In this document: positions 38,241-50,974 of the stretch, piece by piece | How the letters are laid out: each line of letters begins with the position of its first letter | Position numbering within the stretch: position 1 is the stretch's first letter | NCBI RefSeq assembly: GCF_009914755.1 | Contig: NC_060937.1 | DNA: 64,000 bases | Source of the DNA: the human T2T-CHM13v2.0 reference genome, Homo sapiens | Strand: one strand, 5' to 3' | The notes under the pieces: generated by a model | The model's input: only the letters and a program-made list of their open reading frames with translations | The model's database searches: none | What the model was told of the DNA's origin: nothing | Translations under genes and position numbers: made by a program

Positions 38241-41200
38241 CACAAGCTCACTACCTTCTGGCAGGCTCCACAGACTCTCAGGCTTTCTCTTTGCGCTGCC
38301 CTCAGCTTCAGGTGGCCCCTCCCATAGTGCCCAGCCTCTCTCTCATCTACATCCTTGTCCTATGCTCCATACCTGTGCACACACCTCCTGTCTACACTGG
38401 CTCTCCTCCTTCTAGAAGCTTCTGAAACACCCGATATGTGATCAGCCTGTCTAGACACACAAAGTGGTGAGATGGGATGACCACTGTCATCCCAGAGAAC
38501 CAGGGGCTTGGTGCTGCTGGATGGCAAGGACCCCCAAGGCCAAGTCCTGGGCTCTTTGGGTACCTCCCTGCTGGGCCCTCCCATGGGATCCAGCCCTGGC
38601 CTCTTCATGGGGCCCTGCCCCACCCCAGCCCAAACATCCCTACAGCCAGGACCCTAACCTGTCTGTGCACCAGAACTACCTGGGCAGCTTTACAAATGTC
38701 AAGGCCCAGGCCCCACCCAAAAACTCTGAGTCAGGAGTCTGCCCTGGGCTCCAGATGCTGTGTGTAGCCAGGACAGGTGCCCCAGGCTTCCCCACCACTC
38801 ACGTGGTTCAGCCCAGCAGGTACCCCCTGCAACGTCCCTTTCTAGTCCTCACCCCTGCCCACTTCCCCATGGCCCAAACCTGGCCCCAGGACAAGGCAGC
38901 CCACCCCCCCTACAGGGGAGGCCCGGCCACATCTGTCACTGCATCTGGGCACTCCTGGGCCCATACTTGGGGCACATGGGGTGCCTGCTGTCCTCTCCCT
39001 CTGCTCCCTGGACCCACCCCTCCAGGACTCCTGCATCAGCATCACTGTCTCTCGAGCTGCCCATCCCCTCTCCACCACTTCCCAGAAGCACCAGAGGCAC
39101 TTGCAGTAAAACCATTCAAACGAGAAAGGCTGGCAAACCTGTGGCTGTGAACACACCCCGGTGCTTTATGGGGTCTTGTGTACCAAGAACCCCTCACCAA
39201 GGACAGCACACATGTGAGACAAGAAAGAGGACAACACAGTGGCAGGCGGGCCACCCAGCTCTGCATGCCTGTACCCATCTATGTCACCAGACACAGAGAC
39301 TGAGGCACCTGGGGCAGTGGCCCATGAGGACAAGTCCCTGCTCAGAAGCAAGAGGGCTCCTAAGACTGAGGTTCTGCTGGCGCGGGACAGGGAGAGGAAG
39401 CTGCCGCAGGAAGCCCAGACACAAAGGGAGTCTAGGGCTAGTGAGGCAACTTGGACAAAAGCTGCCCATGCTGGACAGCGCTGAGGCCCAAACCCACTGC
39501 TCGCTGAGGGTCCAGTGGACTCAGGGGGTGCCCAGTGATGGGGGAGGCACCCTCGCTGCAGCCCTCACCAATGCCACCTCCCGGGCCCTGTCTCAGACAC
39601 ACTGGACTGCGCCGCATTTCGGGTTTCACACGAACTGAACAGGACTGAGGTTTGAAAGCCACACCAATGAGAAAATCAAGCACGGTCAGCCTGGAGCACT
39701 CCTCAGAAGGCACTGCCGGGAGCCGCCCCCACAGTGCCGGGACCACACCTCCCCTGCCACACAAGCTGCAGCTCTGAGGGCCTGCCTGAGCAAGGGTGGT
39801 CACTCCTGCTCTCACTGACATCTCCACAGGAACAGGCTCTTCCAGCCCCAGCTCAGGAGCCAGCCAGAGCACACAGTTCACCCTGCAGCCTCTAGCAGGC
39901 CCAACCCTATCCCTCAACTGGCCTGCAAGGCCCAGAAAGACTGGAGGGCGGGGTCTGCACCCAGCCACGGGGGGACGGGGGTGGCCAGGGACACCCACTG
40001 CGAGGGTTCATGCCGTAACATCTCGGCAACCCAAAAGGATGAGGGCTGCATGCCCGGGCCCTGCAGGGTTGCTGGCGAATCAATGAGCAACGTCTAACTA
40101 GTTGGCATGAAAAATAATACATTAATCCCCCAATTATCATACCCAAATCCTCTCTTTTTCCCCCAGCTGTAAACACTGAACAAACTACCCATGACAAATT
40201 AACATATTTTCCTCCATTTTCTTCAGCTGTTTTTCCAAGCAGTCCATACTTAAAACAGAACAAATGGACCATCAAAAACTGACCTACGCTCCAAATGGGA
40301 GATTTTGGGAGAGGAACTGCCTGCAGCGGGCTGAGGGGGACCGGCGGTCTCAGTGGCCCCTGGCAGGCACATATGCACGTGCACACTCCCCGAAGGTATG
40401 GGTTCAGCAGGGGAAGCTCTGGGTTTCTTGTTATCAGTGTTTCCACAGATGGGTTGCCCCACTCCTGGGCTCAGATTCACAGCCGGGAACCCAGGACGCA
40501 GTGCCTCCTCACAGACTCAAGCACAAAACCCTCCCCACCTCTGTCCCCATCACCATGCCCCCTGCAAGTCCACAGGTGCCCACAACAAAGCACCTTGTGA
40601 CCCCTGGGCTCTTGGCCCTGTCTGCCCTCATCTTGGGTGGCCTCAGACACCCCCTAACTCCACGGCTCCCGGGCCTCTCCAGGGACCTCGGGAGGGGCCT
40701 AGGGTGTTTAGAAGCCTCTCCCACCCCTGAGGCCAGTCACTGAGGTGTCGGCTAGTGCACACTCCTTCCCAGAGACAGGCATCCCTCAAAGAGCTGTGTG
40801 GAGCACCACAGCCTCTGATAGGGAGGAAGAGCTCATAGCCAGGCTTCACCCCCAGCCACAAGCACGTCTCTGCGGCAAGGAGCTTAACATGGACAGAAAC
40901 CACCTAGTGCCGAGCAGGAAATCTGTCCCCTAAGGCGCTATGGAAGCCTCCCATCATGCTTCACTCCCAATAATAAAAAAAAACCTTACAGCTGGCTTTC
41001 TGATCAATATTACATGAACATAATATTGCATGTAAAACAGTAATACATGAAATAAAATAACAGCCAATTGATTTAGCAAAAGCTCTTTTCAATCAAGCCC
41101 TTAATCCACCTTGCCCAAGCCTCTCGTCTGTCTAAAAGCAGGCCTGCCCTGCGGCCTCCACCTGCCCACTGAGCAAGCTCGGGGCTGTGGAGCAGGTGAC

Positions 41201-41409
41201 AGGGTAGCCCTGGGTTGCCCATGGATTCTAGAAACCACAGAGTCTCAGAGCAGATCTTGGGAACTGAGCAGGACCCTAGCATGGGCTCTGTCTTCCTCAA
41301 GCCAAGTCACTGCTGGACAAGGGACCCGCCACGCACACCCAGACATCACTGCCCAGCGCTAGTCAACCCTCCAGGACCTCCAACCTCAAGTTCCAGAATC
41401 AGGCAGACG

Positions 41410-41525
41410 GAGATTCTGAGCCTGGCTCTGCCACTTCCTAGGAGTGTGGCCATGTGCAAGTGTAAGCCCTCAGAGTCTCAGTTTCCCCATCTGTGCAATG
41501 GGAATCTGCAGCTGTCATGAGGACC
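41410..41525 (+). mobile_element. MIR core
   Basis: cctggctctgccacttcctaggagtgtggccatgtgcaag..ctcagtttccccatctgtgcaatgggaat. Confidence 0.75.
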
Positions 41526-42089
41526 GGGAGGGCTGTGCTCCCCATGGCAGCTGTGGCACCCTGCATGGGGCTAGGCTAGGGTCAGGCCAGCATTTCTCAC
41601 CTCCATCCTCAACTGCCTAGCACCGTCTCAGAGTGAATGCCATTTAATAGCTTCCCAGGAACCTAGAAGCAGAGCTTCAGGGGCACCAGGGAGGGGGCTG
41701 CAGCTCTGCCCCCTGGGCTACCTGTCTGTAGTACATGTGGAACAACCCATAACATTTCCACCTGAAAAAACAACAGTCTCGGCACTTAAAATTGAAAACC
41801 TGGGAGTTCTGAGAGAATGTACCAGGGACCATCACTAGAAAAGTAAGCCCTTGGTTGAAAGCAAAGCCCCAGTGAGACCAAACACTCCAGCATATGTACC
41901 CCGCAGTGTGCCCTCTGGCATTAGAGCAGCATCTGTACCCTGCGGTGTGCCCTCCTGCCCAGGCCCGGGGCGGCTCAGCACTGGCTCCAGCTGTGCGTCC
42001 ACCTCACAGGCTCCAAGCACCATGGCCGAAGGCCAGCCCTGGACCTGCCTGGTCCCCACTCTTGGGTGCTGCTGGGTGGTGGGGCCCAC

Positions 42090-42250
42090 CTGCTGGGGTT
42101 GTATTCCAGGGCACCGATCTCCTCGCTGGCCTGCAGCAGGTGCAAGATGTCGGCTGCCAAGCTCCCGCTCTCCTTCTTGACTCTGGCATTGTGGCCGGGC
42201 TTGGTGTCCGTGTCGATGTGCAGCAAACCCTCGACCAAGGAGTCGTCACT
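42090..42250 (-). pseudogene. PHF2: PHF2-like exon (~exon 17)
   Basis: SDDSLVEGLLHIDTDTKPGHNARVKKESGSLAADILHLLQASEEIGALEYNPS; donor gtggg; in-frame acceptor reads CAC. Confidence 0.92.
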
Positions 42251-42939
42251 GTGACGCGTGAGAGACAGGGCACCGGTCAGGGGAGGGTCCGGCCACCGAA
42301 GTGGCCTGGGAGTTGGGAGGGGGATACTTTTTCCCTTCAGGGACTAAACTAGGTTTTTTAACGTTTTCAAAGAGCACTACCTTTCTAATGAACACTGCTG
42401 GGGTCAGACAGAGGCCCCTGGAGCCAACGGGGCTGGATGGCCCACACATGGGCACACGGGGCAGACGTGGGTGCTAGAGATGTCTCAGGACCACAAAGGA
42501 CCAAACTGTCTTCACACTGTGCACCATATTCACAGAGAAACTGGTTCAACGGAACCCTTAACACAAGAGAGCCCCAGTGTGTAACACATATAAAGAGATG
42601 CCGCGATGACTGGGTGGAGAGGCAGGGGCAGGGCCTGCAGCCTCAGAGGGACCTCAAGTTGCGGGAAAGCAGTTAACAGGCTCAAATCCGGATAAACTCC
42701 CCTGGCAGGGTGCTCAGTGGAGACAGGCCCCTCGCACGCCCAGGCGGAGGTGACCACTGTGTCTTAGAGTTAGACGTGACCTTAGAACACTCACTCAAGG
42801 GTGGGTTGAGAGTAAGGGGCCTCTCCATCATCTTGCGCAGAAACACCCTCAGAGACCACCCTGGAGTCACTCAAACCATGGCCTTGGGGACTGCCCAGAG
42901 ATGGCCTTCAAGACCGAGGGGGCCCGGAAGGCAGCTCAC

Positions 42940-43010
42940 CTTGTACGCTGCTGAGTCAAGCTTTGGCTTCATGACAGGTGTGGACAGCACCACCTTCATA
43001 TGCAACAAGA
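42940..43010 (-). pseudogene. PHF2: PHF2-like exon (~exon 16)
   Basis: [23 protein letters not shown]; cag|..|gtgag. Confidence 0.9.
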
Positions 43011-43133
43011 CTGAAAGCACAGCAGATGGGAGCCCAGTGGGCAGCCTTGGGGGGAGCCAGCCACTCCAGGAATACCTCTCAGGGCATGACGGGCCTCTCC
43101 CAACCCCTCCCCCAACGCCCCTTCCCAACTCAC

Positions 43134-43312
43134 AGGACAAGTGCCTTTTTGGGGCATTTTTGTTCCTCCTGATGGAAAACTCGTTGATCTTGAGCTCGCC
43201 ATTGTCCGAAACGTACTCATACTCGCCCTGCACGGGCTTGGGCTTGTCCTCCTTGAAGTTCTGCAAGGCCCTGAACACACCAGGGCTTGTCAGGGGCCTG
43301 AGAGCCTTGGAG
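43134..43312 (-). pseudogene. PHF2: PHF2-like exon (~exon 15)
   Basis: [59 protein letters not shown]; tag|..|gtgag. Confidence 0.93.
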
Positions 43313-45145
43313 CTAGGGCAGAAGTGAGTGGGTCAGCAGCATCCACACAGCCCCATGGCCAGCAGACAGGTGGAACCTCCCAAGGGGTCCCCTGCCAAGG
43401 CCATGGCAGGATGGGCTCCAGGAGGCAGGTGAATTCCCCATCATTTGAATTTCAATCCGAAGAAGCCTCAGTACCAGTCAAGGTGGGAGGAGGGCGGAGG
43501 GTCCAAGCCTCTGCAGTCAGGAGGCCAGGCTGGGCCCTCAGTCCCCACTGTGGGAAGCTACCTGCCCACAGGAGAAACACTCCCCAACCCCATGGCCTCC
43601 TACACAATGCTGTGCTTCCCTCCCCACAATCAGCCAGAGAGAGCCCTTCCCCAGGCAGTTTAGATGCTCGAGACAGTGACCCCCAACTGTCCCAGTGCCA
43701 CTGGACAAGCTTAAGCCCCGCCTCGGGCCTGCCTGGGAATCCTGGCACATGCTGAATCTGTCTTTAACTGGAATAGGATCCAACTTTCCTGTTTTTTTCT
43801 CCATAGCTATATTGGAAAAATAAACTCAGGACCAGGGCTACAGGATAGATTAACAGTCTAAGAAAGGGCTTGTAACTTGTCTCCCTGCTGGGGTGAAGGA
43901 GGACTACTTCAGAGCTTGGCTTGCAAGCAGCTGCTGCCTTTGCCTTCCCAGGGGTTTGAGGACAGGTTTCTCCCTCTGTAGTATCACAGACAACAGGCTG
44001 AGGCAGAAAAGTCTGGAACTTCCAACAGACACAGCTCCAATTCTGAGGAAATGGAAGTGCAGACACCTGGATAGAGCTCCAGGGCGAGGCTGCTTCCAGT
44101 GCTCTAAGTGAAGGGGCGGCGGGCCCCACTGCCTTATGGGCTGAGCCACAGAACACACAAGTGTCCACAGGCTAGAGTCATGCCAGCCTTTCTCATCTCC
44201 ATCCTCAACTCCCTGGCACCACCACACAGTGAACAGAACCTAGAAGCAGAGCTTCAGATACAGCAAGCGGCATGCCCAGGGTCATGAAGCTGGGCAGCCA
44301 CAGGACCCTGCAGACCTGCCCCTTGGCTGAACGGCCTTGCATGTTGCCCTGAGCTCCCTGCCCCTCACAAGGCTCTGCCTGGGCACTGCTCCCTTTCTCC
44401 ACCACCCGGAAAGACGCCTTCTTCTACCATCTCTTCAATGAGGAAACTATGACCCAGCCAAGTTAATCAGTATTCGCTGCAGAAAAGTGGTCGCCCCTCC
44501 CACTGGGACCTCTCTGACTCCAGCCAGGTGTGGGGCCTCAGCAGGTAACATGCCCCACGCACTGGGAGTACACACAGGCCCAAGTGTTGCCGCTGGTACC
44601 ATGAAGCTCTCAAGGCTGCCATGGGGCTCACAGCCCTCAGCACCCCTTGCCTCACCCCGAGGCTCATCCAGCATGCACACACCTCCCAGACACACCCCCT
44701 AATCTCTGCTCAGCGCCACCTCCTACAGGAGGCCCTCCTGAGTCCCAGATGGGTCATGTTCTCAGCACTCAGGTTCCCATGCTGGGTTCATACCAAGCCC
44801 TCCCCACTGGCCACTGGGCTCCGAGGGCCAGGATCCTATCCACCACTCGTGTCCCCAGCACCAGCTCACAAGAGCCCCACATCTAACATTCGTGGAGTCC
44901 CACAGCCTCCCTCCCTGCCTGGGGGGGCCCATCCCTCTCTGCAGACTGGCTGCATCTTCCAGCCCAGCCCCACCCAGGCATGTCTGCTTCCTCAAACCTG
45001 CCCTGCAGGTGGAGCGTGGTGGGAGGCACAGACACAGCTCTGCTAGTGTCTAGGCCCTGAATAAGAGGTGCCGGGAACAGGGCTGCAGTCAGTGAGGTCA
45101 GCAGCTCAGAGGGAGAGGAGTCCCCAGAGGTGTGTCAGCCAAAGA

Positions 45146-45305
45146 TTGTGTGTGTATGGGGTGTGTGATGTGCAGTGTGTGTGGTTGTGTGTAATGCAGT
45201 GTGTGGTGTGTGTTTGATGCAGTGTGCATGCATGGTGTGTGTGTAATGTGTGTGTGGTATCAGGCAGTGTGCGTGATGCAGTATGTATGGTGTGTGTGAT
45301 GTGGG
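45146..45305. repeat. Degenerate (TG)-rich tract
   Basis: Variants of gtgtgtgatgcagtgtg. Confidence 0.85.
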
Positions 45306-45346
45306 TTACATGCGAGGTCACCCCTCCCATCCAGGCACTCACATAC

Positions 45347-45462
45347 CCAAGGAGTTTCCTGTTGGAGAAAGAAAAAGAGAAGTTGTCTTTGTTTCCACCT
45401 AGAGGCAACTTCTCTAGCTTCTGCTCCTCTTCCATCTTCAGTAAGGAGTTGGGTTTGCTGTT
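45347..45462 (-). pseudogene. PHF2: PHF2-like exon (~exon 14)
   Basis: [39 protein letters not shown]; cag|..|gtatg. Confidence 0.93.
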
Positions 45463-45955
45463 CTGAAAAGCAAGACCAGGGCTGTCCCTGAGCCCCAGAC
45501 ATAAGTAGGGGGTCAGGACCCTGACTAGTGTCAGGGGGCAGAGGCAGCTGCTGGGAACAGGCCTAAGGAAAGTCACCCATAGGTCTCATGGCCACCTGGA
45601 CCGCTGTGGGGTGCTCAGGGGCCTGCACCCCATGGGCTCAGTGCCTCCATGGTGCCTGGCCCTCAGGGAGTGGGAATGAAAACCAGAGTGTGGACGATGA
45701 AGGGAAACACTGTCAACACGCAGGGTGACACACCCAACCTCTTGCATCCCAACCAACTCAGAGGAAGGTAGTCCATGGGTGGCTACACACACTTCAGACT
45801 CACATAGCCACACCTCATGGCACCAACTGCTCAGGATAAGCAGACACGTCTGCACATTCCTTCACACACACAGGGCTTCATGGATTCACATCTCTGCTCA
45901 CACTCACTGACCTGACATGCACGCACATGCATCCATGCACACGTGCATGTCTCAC

Positions 45956-46075
45956 CTTGTACTTCCACTTGGCCTCTGACTTGCTCTTGGTTTGCTCTCG
46001 AATTTCCAGCCTCTCCACATCATTTTCTATGTGGACCACGTCCTTGTTGGGCACACTCAGGATGGTCTTTGTGGC
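45956..46075 (-). pseudogene. PHF2: PHF2-like exon (~exon 13)
   Basis: ATKTILSVPNKDVVHIENDVERLEIREQTKSKSEAKWKYK; tag|..|gtgag intact; frame open. Confidence 0.93.
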
Positions 46076-46188
46076 CTAGAAAAAAGTGTTGCTGTGACCC
46101 AGAGGCAGACGCAGAGGGCCAGTGGGACTCCCCTGTGCCACACAGATTCCCTGTCTCCTTCTAGCCCATGTGCTTGCAGCTCATGCCC

Positions 46189-47650
46189 CCATCCATCTAC
46201 CCATCCATGCATCCATTCACCCACCTATCCATCTACCCATCCACGCATCCATCCAACCATCCATTTATTCATCTATTCATTCATCCACTCATCCATCCAT
46301 CCATCCTCCATGCATTTGTTCATCCATCCACTCATCCATCCACCCATCTGTCCATTCATCCACCCACCCATCCACTCATTCATCCCATTCATTCATCCAT
46401 CCATCCATCCATTCACCCATTCATTCATTTATCCATCCATCCATCCGTCCATCCATCCACCCACCCATCTGCCCACCCATCTGCCCACCCATCCATCCAT
46501 CCATGCATCCATTCGTTCTTCCCATTCATCCACCCACCCATCCATCCATCCATGCATCCATTCGTTCTTCCCATTCATCCACCCACCCATCCATCCATTG
46601 ACTCATCCATTTATTTATCCATTTACCTATCCACCCATCCATTTATTCATCCTTGCATCCATCCATCCATCCATCCACCTATTCCTCCATTCCTGCACCC
46701 ATCCATCCTTTTATTCATTCATTCATTCATTCATTGATCCACCCATCCATCCATCTACCCATCCATTCATTCATCCATTCATTTATCCATCCATCGGTTC
46801 ATTCACCCACCTATCCATCCATCCATTTGTTCATCCATTCATCTATTTGCTCACCCACTGATTCATTCATCCATCTATCCATCTATTCATTCATCCATCC
46901 ACACATCCATCAATCCATCCATTCGTTCATCCATTCATTCATCCATCCATCCATCCATCCATTTATGCATCCATCCATTCATCCACCCATCCATCCAACC
47001 ACCCACCCATCCATCCACTCACCATTTGTTCATTCATTCATCCACTCATCCATCCATTCATTTATTCACCCATCCATTTGTTCATTCATCCACCTTTCCA
47101 TCCATTCATTCATCTAACCATCCATTTATTCATCCATCCATCCATCCATCGATTCCATCTAACTATCCATTCCATCCACCCATCCATCCATTTGTTCATT
47201 CATCCATCCATCCATATATTCATCAATCCATCCATCCACTCACGCACCCACCCAACCATCCATCCATTCTTTCATCCATCTACCCATCCATCTATCCACT
47301 CATCCATCCAGTCACTCATCCATCCATCCCTTCATTAATCCATTCATCCATCTACCCATTCATTCACCATCCATTCATCCACCCATCCATTCATTTATTC
47401 ATTCTTCCATGATCCATCCATCTACCCATTCACCCATCCACCCATTCATTTATTCATCCATCCATCCACCTATACATCAATTCGTTCATCTATCCATCCA
47501 TTCAACCATCCATCCAGTCATCAATTCACTTATCCATCCATCCATATGTTCATGCATTCATTCATCCATTCGTCCATCTATTCATTCATTGACCCATTCA
47601 TCCATCCAGTCATTTAGCCATCCATTCATTTGTTCATGCATTCATTCATG
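46189..47650. repeat. ~1.45-kb degenerate (CCAT)n/(CATT)n tetranucleotide array
   Basis: Continuous ccatccattcatccacccat variants. Confidence 0.95.
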
Positions 47651-48444
47651 CTTGCCCTGAGAAAGGGAACACAAAAGTGTCCCACTACATCCCTGTGATG
47701 CTGGCCCTGAAATGTCCTGGCCCCCAGCAAGTGGATAACAACCTCCTCCTGGCAGAAGCTCACACTCAATGGTGCTTGATCTCAGGGGTTCATGGTCCCT
47801 GAAGCCCAGACCTAAGATCCTCTAGTTAGAGTGGGTCTTCAGGGATGGGCCCATCTCTCTCACTGTCCACTGGGACTCTGACTATCAGGGCAACTCTGCT
47901 CCTGTCCTCATCCCTGAACACCCTCCCCTCCAATGGCATTCTCCCTGTTGTTTCTGCACAGACACCTCATCTACCTTCAGGCTTCAGCCTCAATGCCTTG
48001 GCCCCAAGGAGGATCCAGGGCTTCTCTGTCCCCTGGCAACTGCTCATCTGGCTAGGAACTCAGACATCCCACCCTGGAAAACCACCGTGCCTCCCCCACC
48101 AGGTGGCCCTCCTGAGTGCCACCGCTGCCACAGCACACACACACTGTGCTGCCTTCCTCAATGAGGGCCCCTCTCCAGGCCCACTGCTCTGTGGCTTGCT
48201 GGGGCAGAGCCTGTCCACCCTGAAGGGTCTGGACCAGGATATTGCAGGATTGGGTCACGACCAGGCAGGGAAGTGCATCTTCTGGGCAGACTGACCTCAC
48301 AGAAGAGCCCAAACCCCCACATCCTCCCAGGGTCCCCTGGAGAACAAGGACAATGGGTCCTAGTTATATCTATGGGCCTGGCACCCAAGAGATATTGCAG
48401 CGCCTCTGGTGATGAGGTGGGGAGTCAGGGTGAGGGGGCCCTAC

Positions 48445-48836
48445 CTTGCCCTTCTTGGGTGGCTCCATCTTGGTCAGTGCCTCCTTGGTGTGGGCTTTGA
48501 GCAGGTCCAGGTTGGAGATATTAGGCAAGGCTGACTCTCAGGACTTCTTCCTTTTCTTCTTGCCTCCATCTTTGAGATTCAGCATTTTGTGGAGCCTTGG
48601 GGGCTTAGGGGGTTTTGGGGGCTTGGGGATTTTGGATGGCTTGGTCATCTTCACAGTTTTGGGAGCCTTTTTTTTTTGGACACTTTCTCCAGGAGGGATT
48701 GAGGCGGGGTGGCCTCAATTGGAGGCAGGGTGGCCTCAATTGGAGGCAGGGGCTCCTCCTTCTCCCAGTCCCCATCACAGACATCATCTGACGAGGCAAC
48801 AGTATTCACTTCCGGTCAGGTGGCTTTGGAGGCATT
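48445..48836 (-). pseudogene. PHF2: PHF2-like exon (~exon 12, K/P-rich) with 2 stops, a frameshift and a 21-bp duplication
   Basis: NASKAT*PEVNTVASSD..EKEEPLPPIEATLPPIEATPPQSLLEKVS / A10 run / ..KPSKIPKPPKPPKPPR..KKS*ES..EALTKMEPPKKGK; TGA at 48816-48818 and 48538-48540. Confidence 0.92.
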
Positions 48837-49183
48837 CTGGGGTACAGAAAGGAAAGGGTTACTTGCTGCTTCTGCCAAACTGTGGCCCAGGAGAGTCCAC
48901 ACACCGGGATGCTGGAGACCCTCACTGCTAGCCTGGTGGGGAGCTGTTAGCCCAGAAAGGCTCAGCTATCCCACACAATCATGTGACATGCTCACACCCA
49001 CCCCACGCTGTTGTGTGACACTCTCACACCTGCCATATACCATCAGTCACTTGCTCTCCCCAAGGCTCTTCTGTTCTACCCTGAGCACAGTGACTGGGGG
49101 CTCATCCAGGATCACACATGCTGGGACTCCAGGGGCTGAGGCAGGGGCTCCTCCCAGAGAGTGCCCTCCCCATTGGAGCTTCA

Positions 49184-50143
<960 letters not shown>

Positions 50144-50743
50144 CTAAGGAACACAGGAAGAACTTCTGTGGGGGTGTGCACAGGAGGGTCATCAGGGAGT
50201 GTCACAGGGAGGGGATGCCCGGGTCACAGAGCAAGGTGGCTGGGGTGCTGCACCCACATCAGGCAGCTTAGCTTCTGAACTGATGCCAGGGCCAGCCAGG
50301 AGGAGCCAAAAGGGCATCCCCAGCACTCCCTGTCCTGGGGCCAGCCACTCCCCCAGTCCTTCTCTGCCCCCACCAGGTTCCAAGCCTTTCTGTGCTCACA
50401 CAGTGTCATCCCACCATGAGCCATCTGTCCTCCACCCGCAGACCCACTTTCCTCCCAGGACACATGGTCACCTGCCCACCCTCCTCCCACCAACTTGTGA
50501 GCCCCTGGTGGAGGGTGCTCTGCACCTACATCTGTCCTCCCCCAGCTCTCAAGTGGCCCAGTCAGTGGAGAGCAGGGGACAGACCCATGGGGTGTCTGGG
50601 GCAAATTCACACCCTGGGCCAAGCCAGGCAGGAGAGCACCACCGACCCTGCCAGGCCGGATCTTACTGAAGCAGGACAAGCCCTGGACATTGCTGCTGGG
50701 TCTCCAGGGAGGTGCTCCCACCTGTCACCGCTTTCCTGCCCTA

Positions 50744-50974
<231 letters not shown>

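Noticed and set aside
46189-47650. HSAT2/3 satellite
   Set aside because: The period is 4 (CCAT/CATT), not the CATTC pentamer, and it lies within a PHF2-like intron.
45992-47660. His/Pro/Ser/Ile-rich ORFs
   Set aside because: Stop-poor (CCAT)n repeat.
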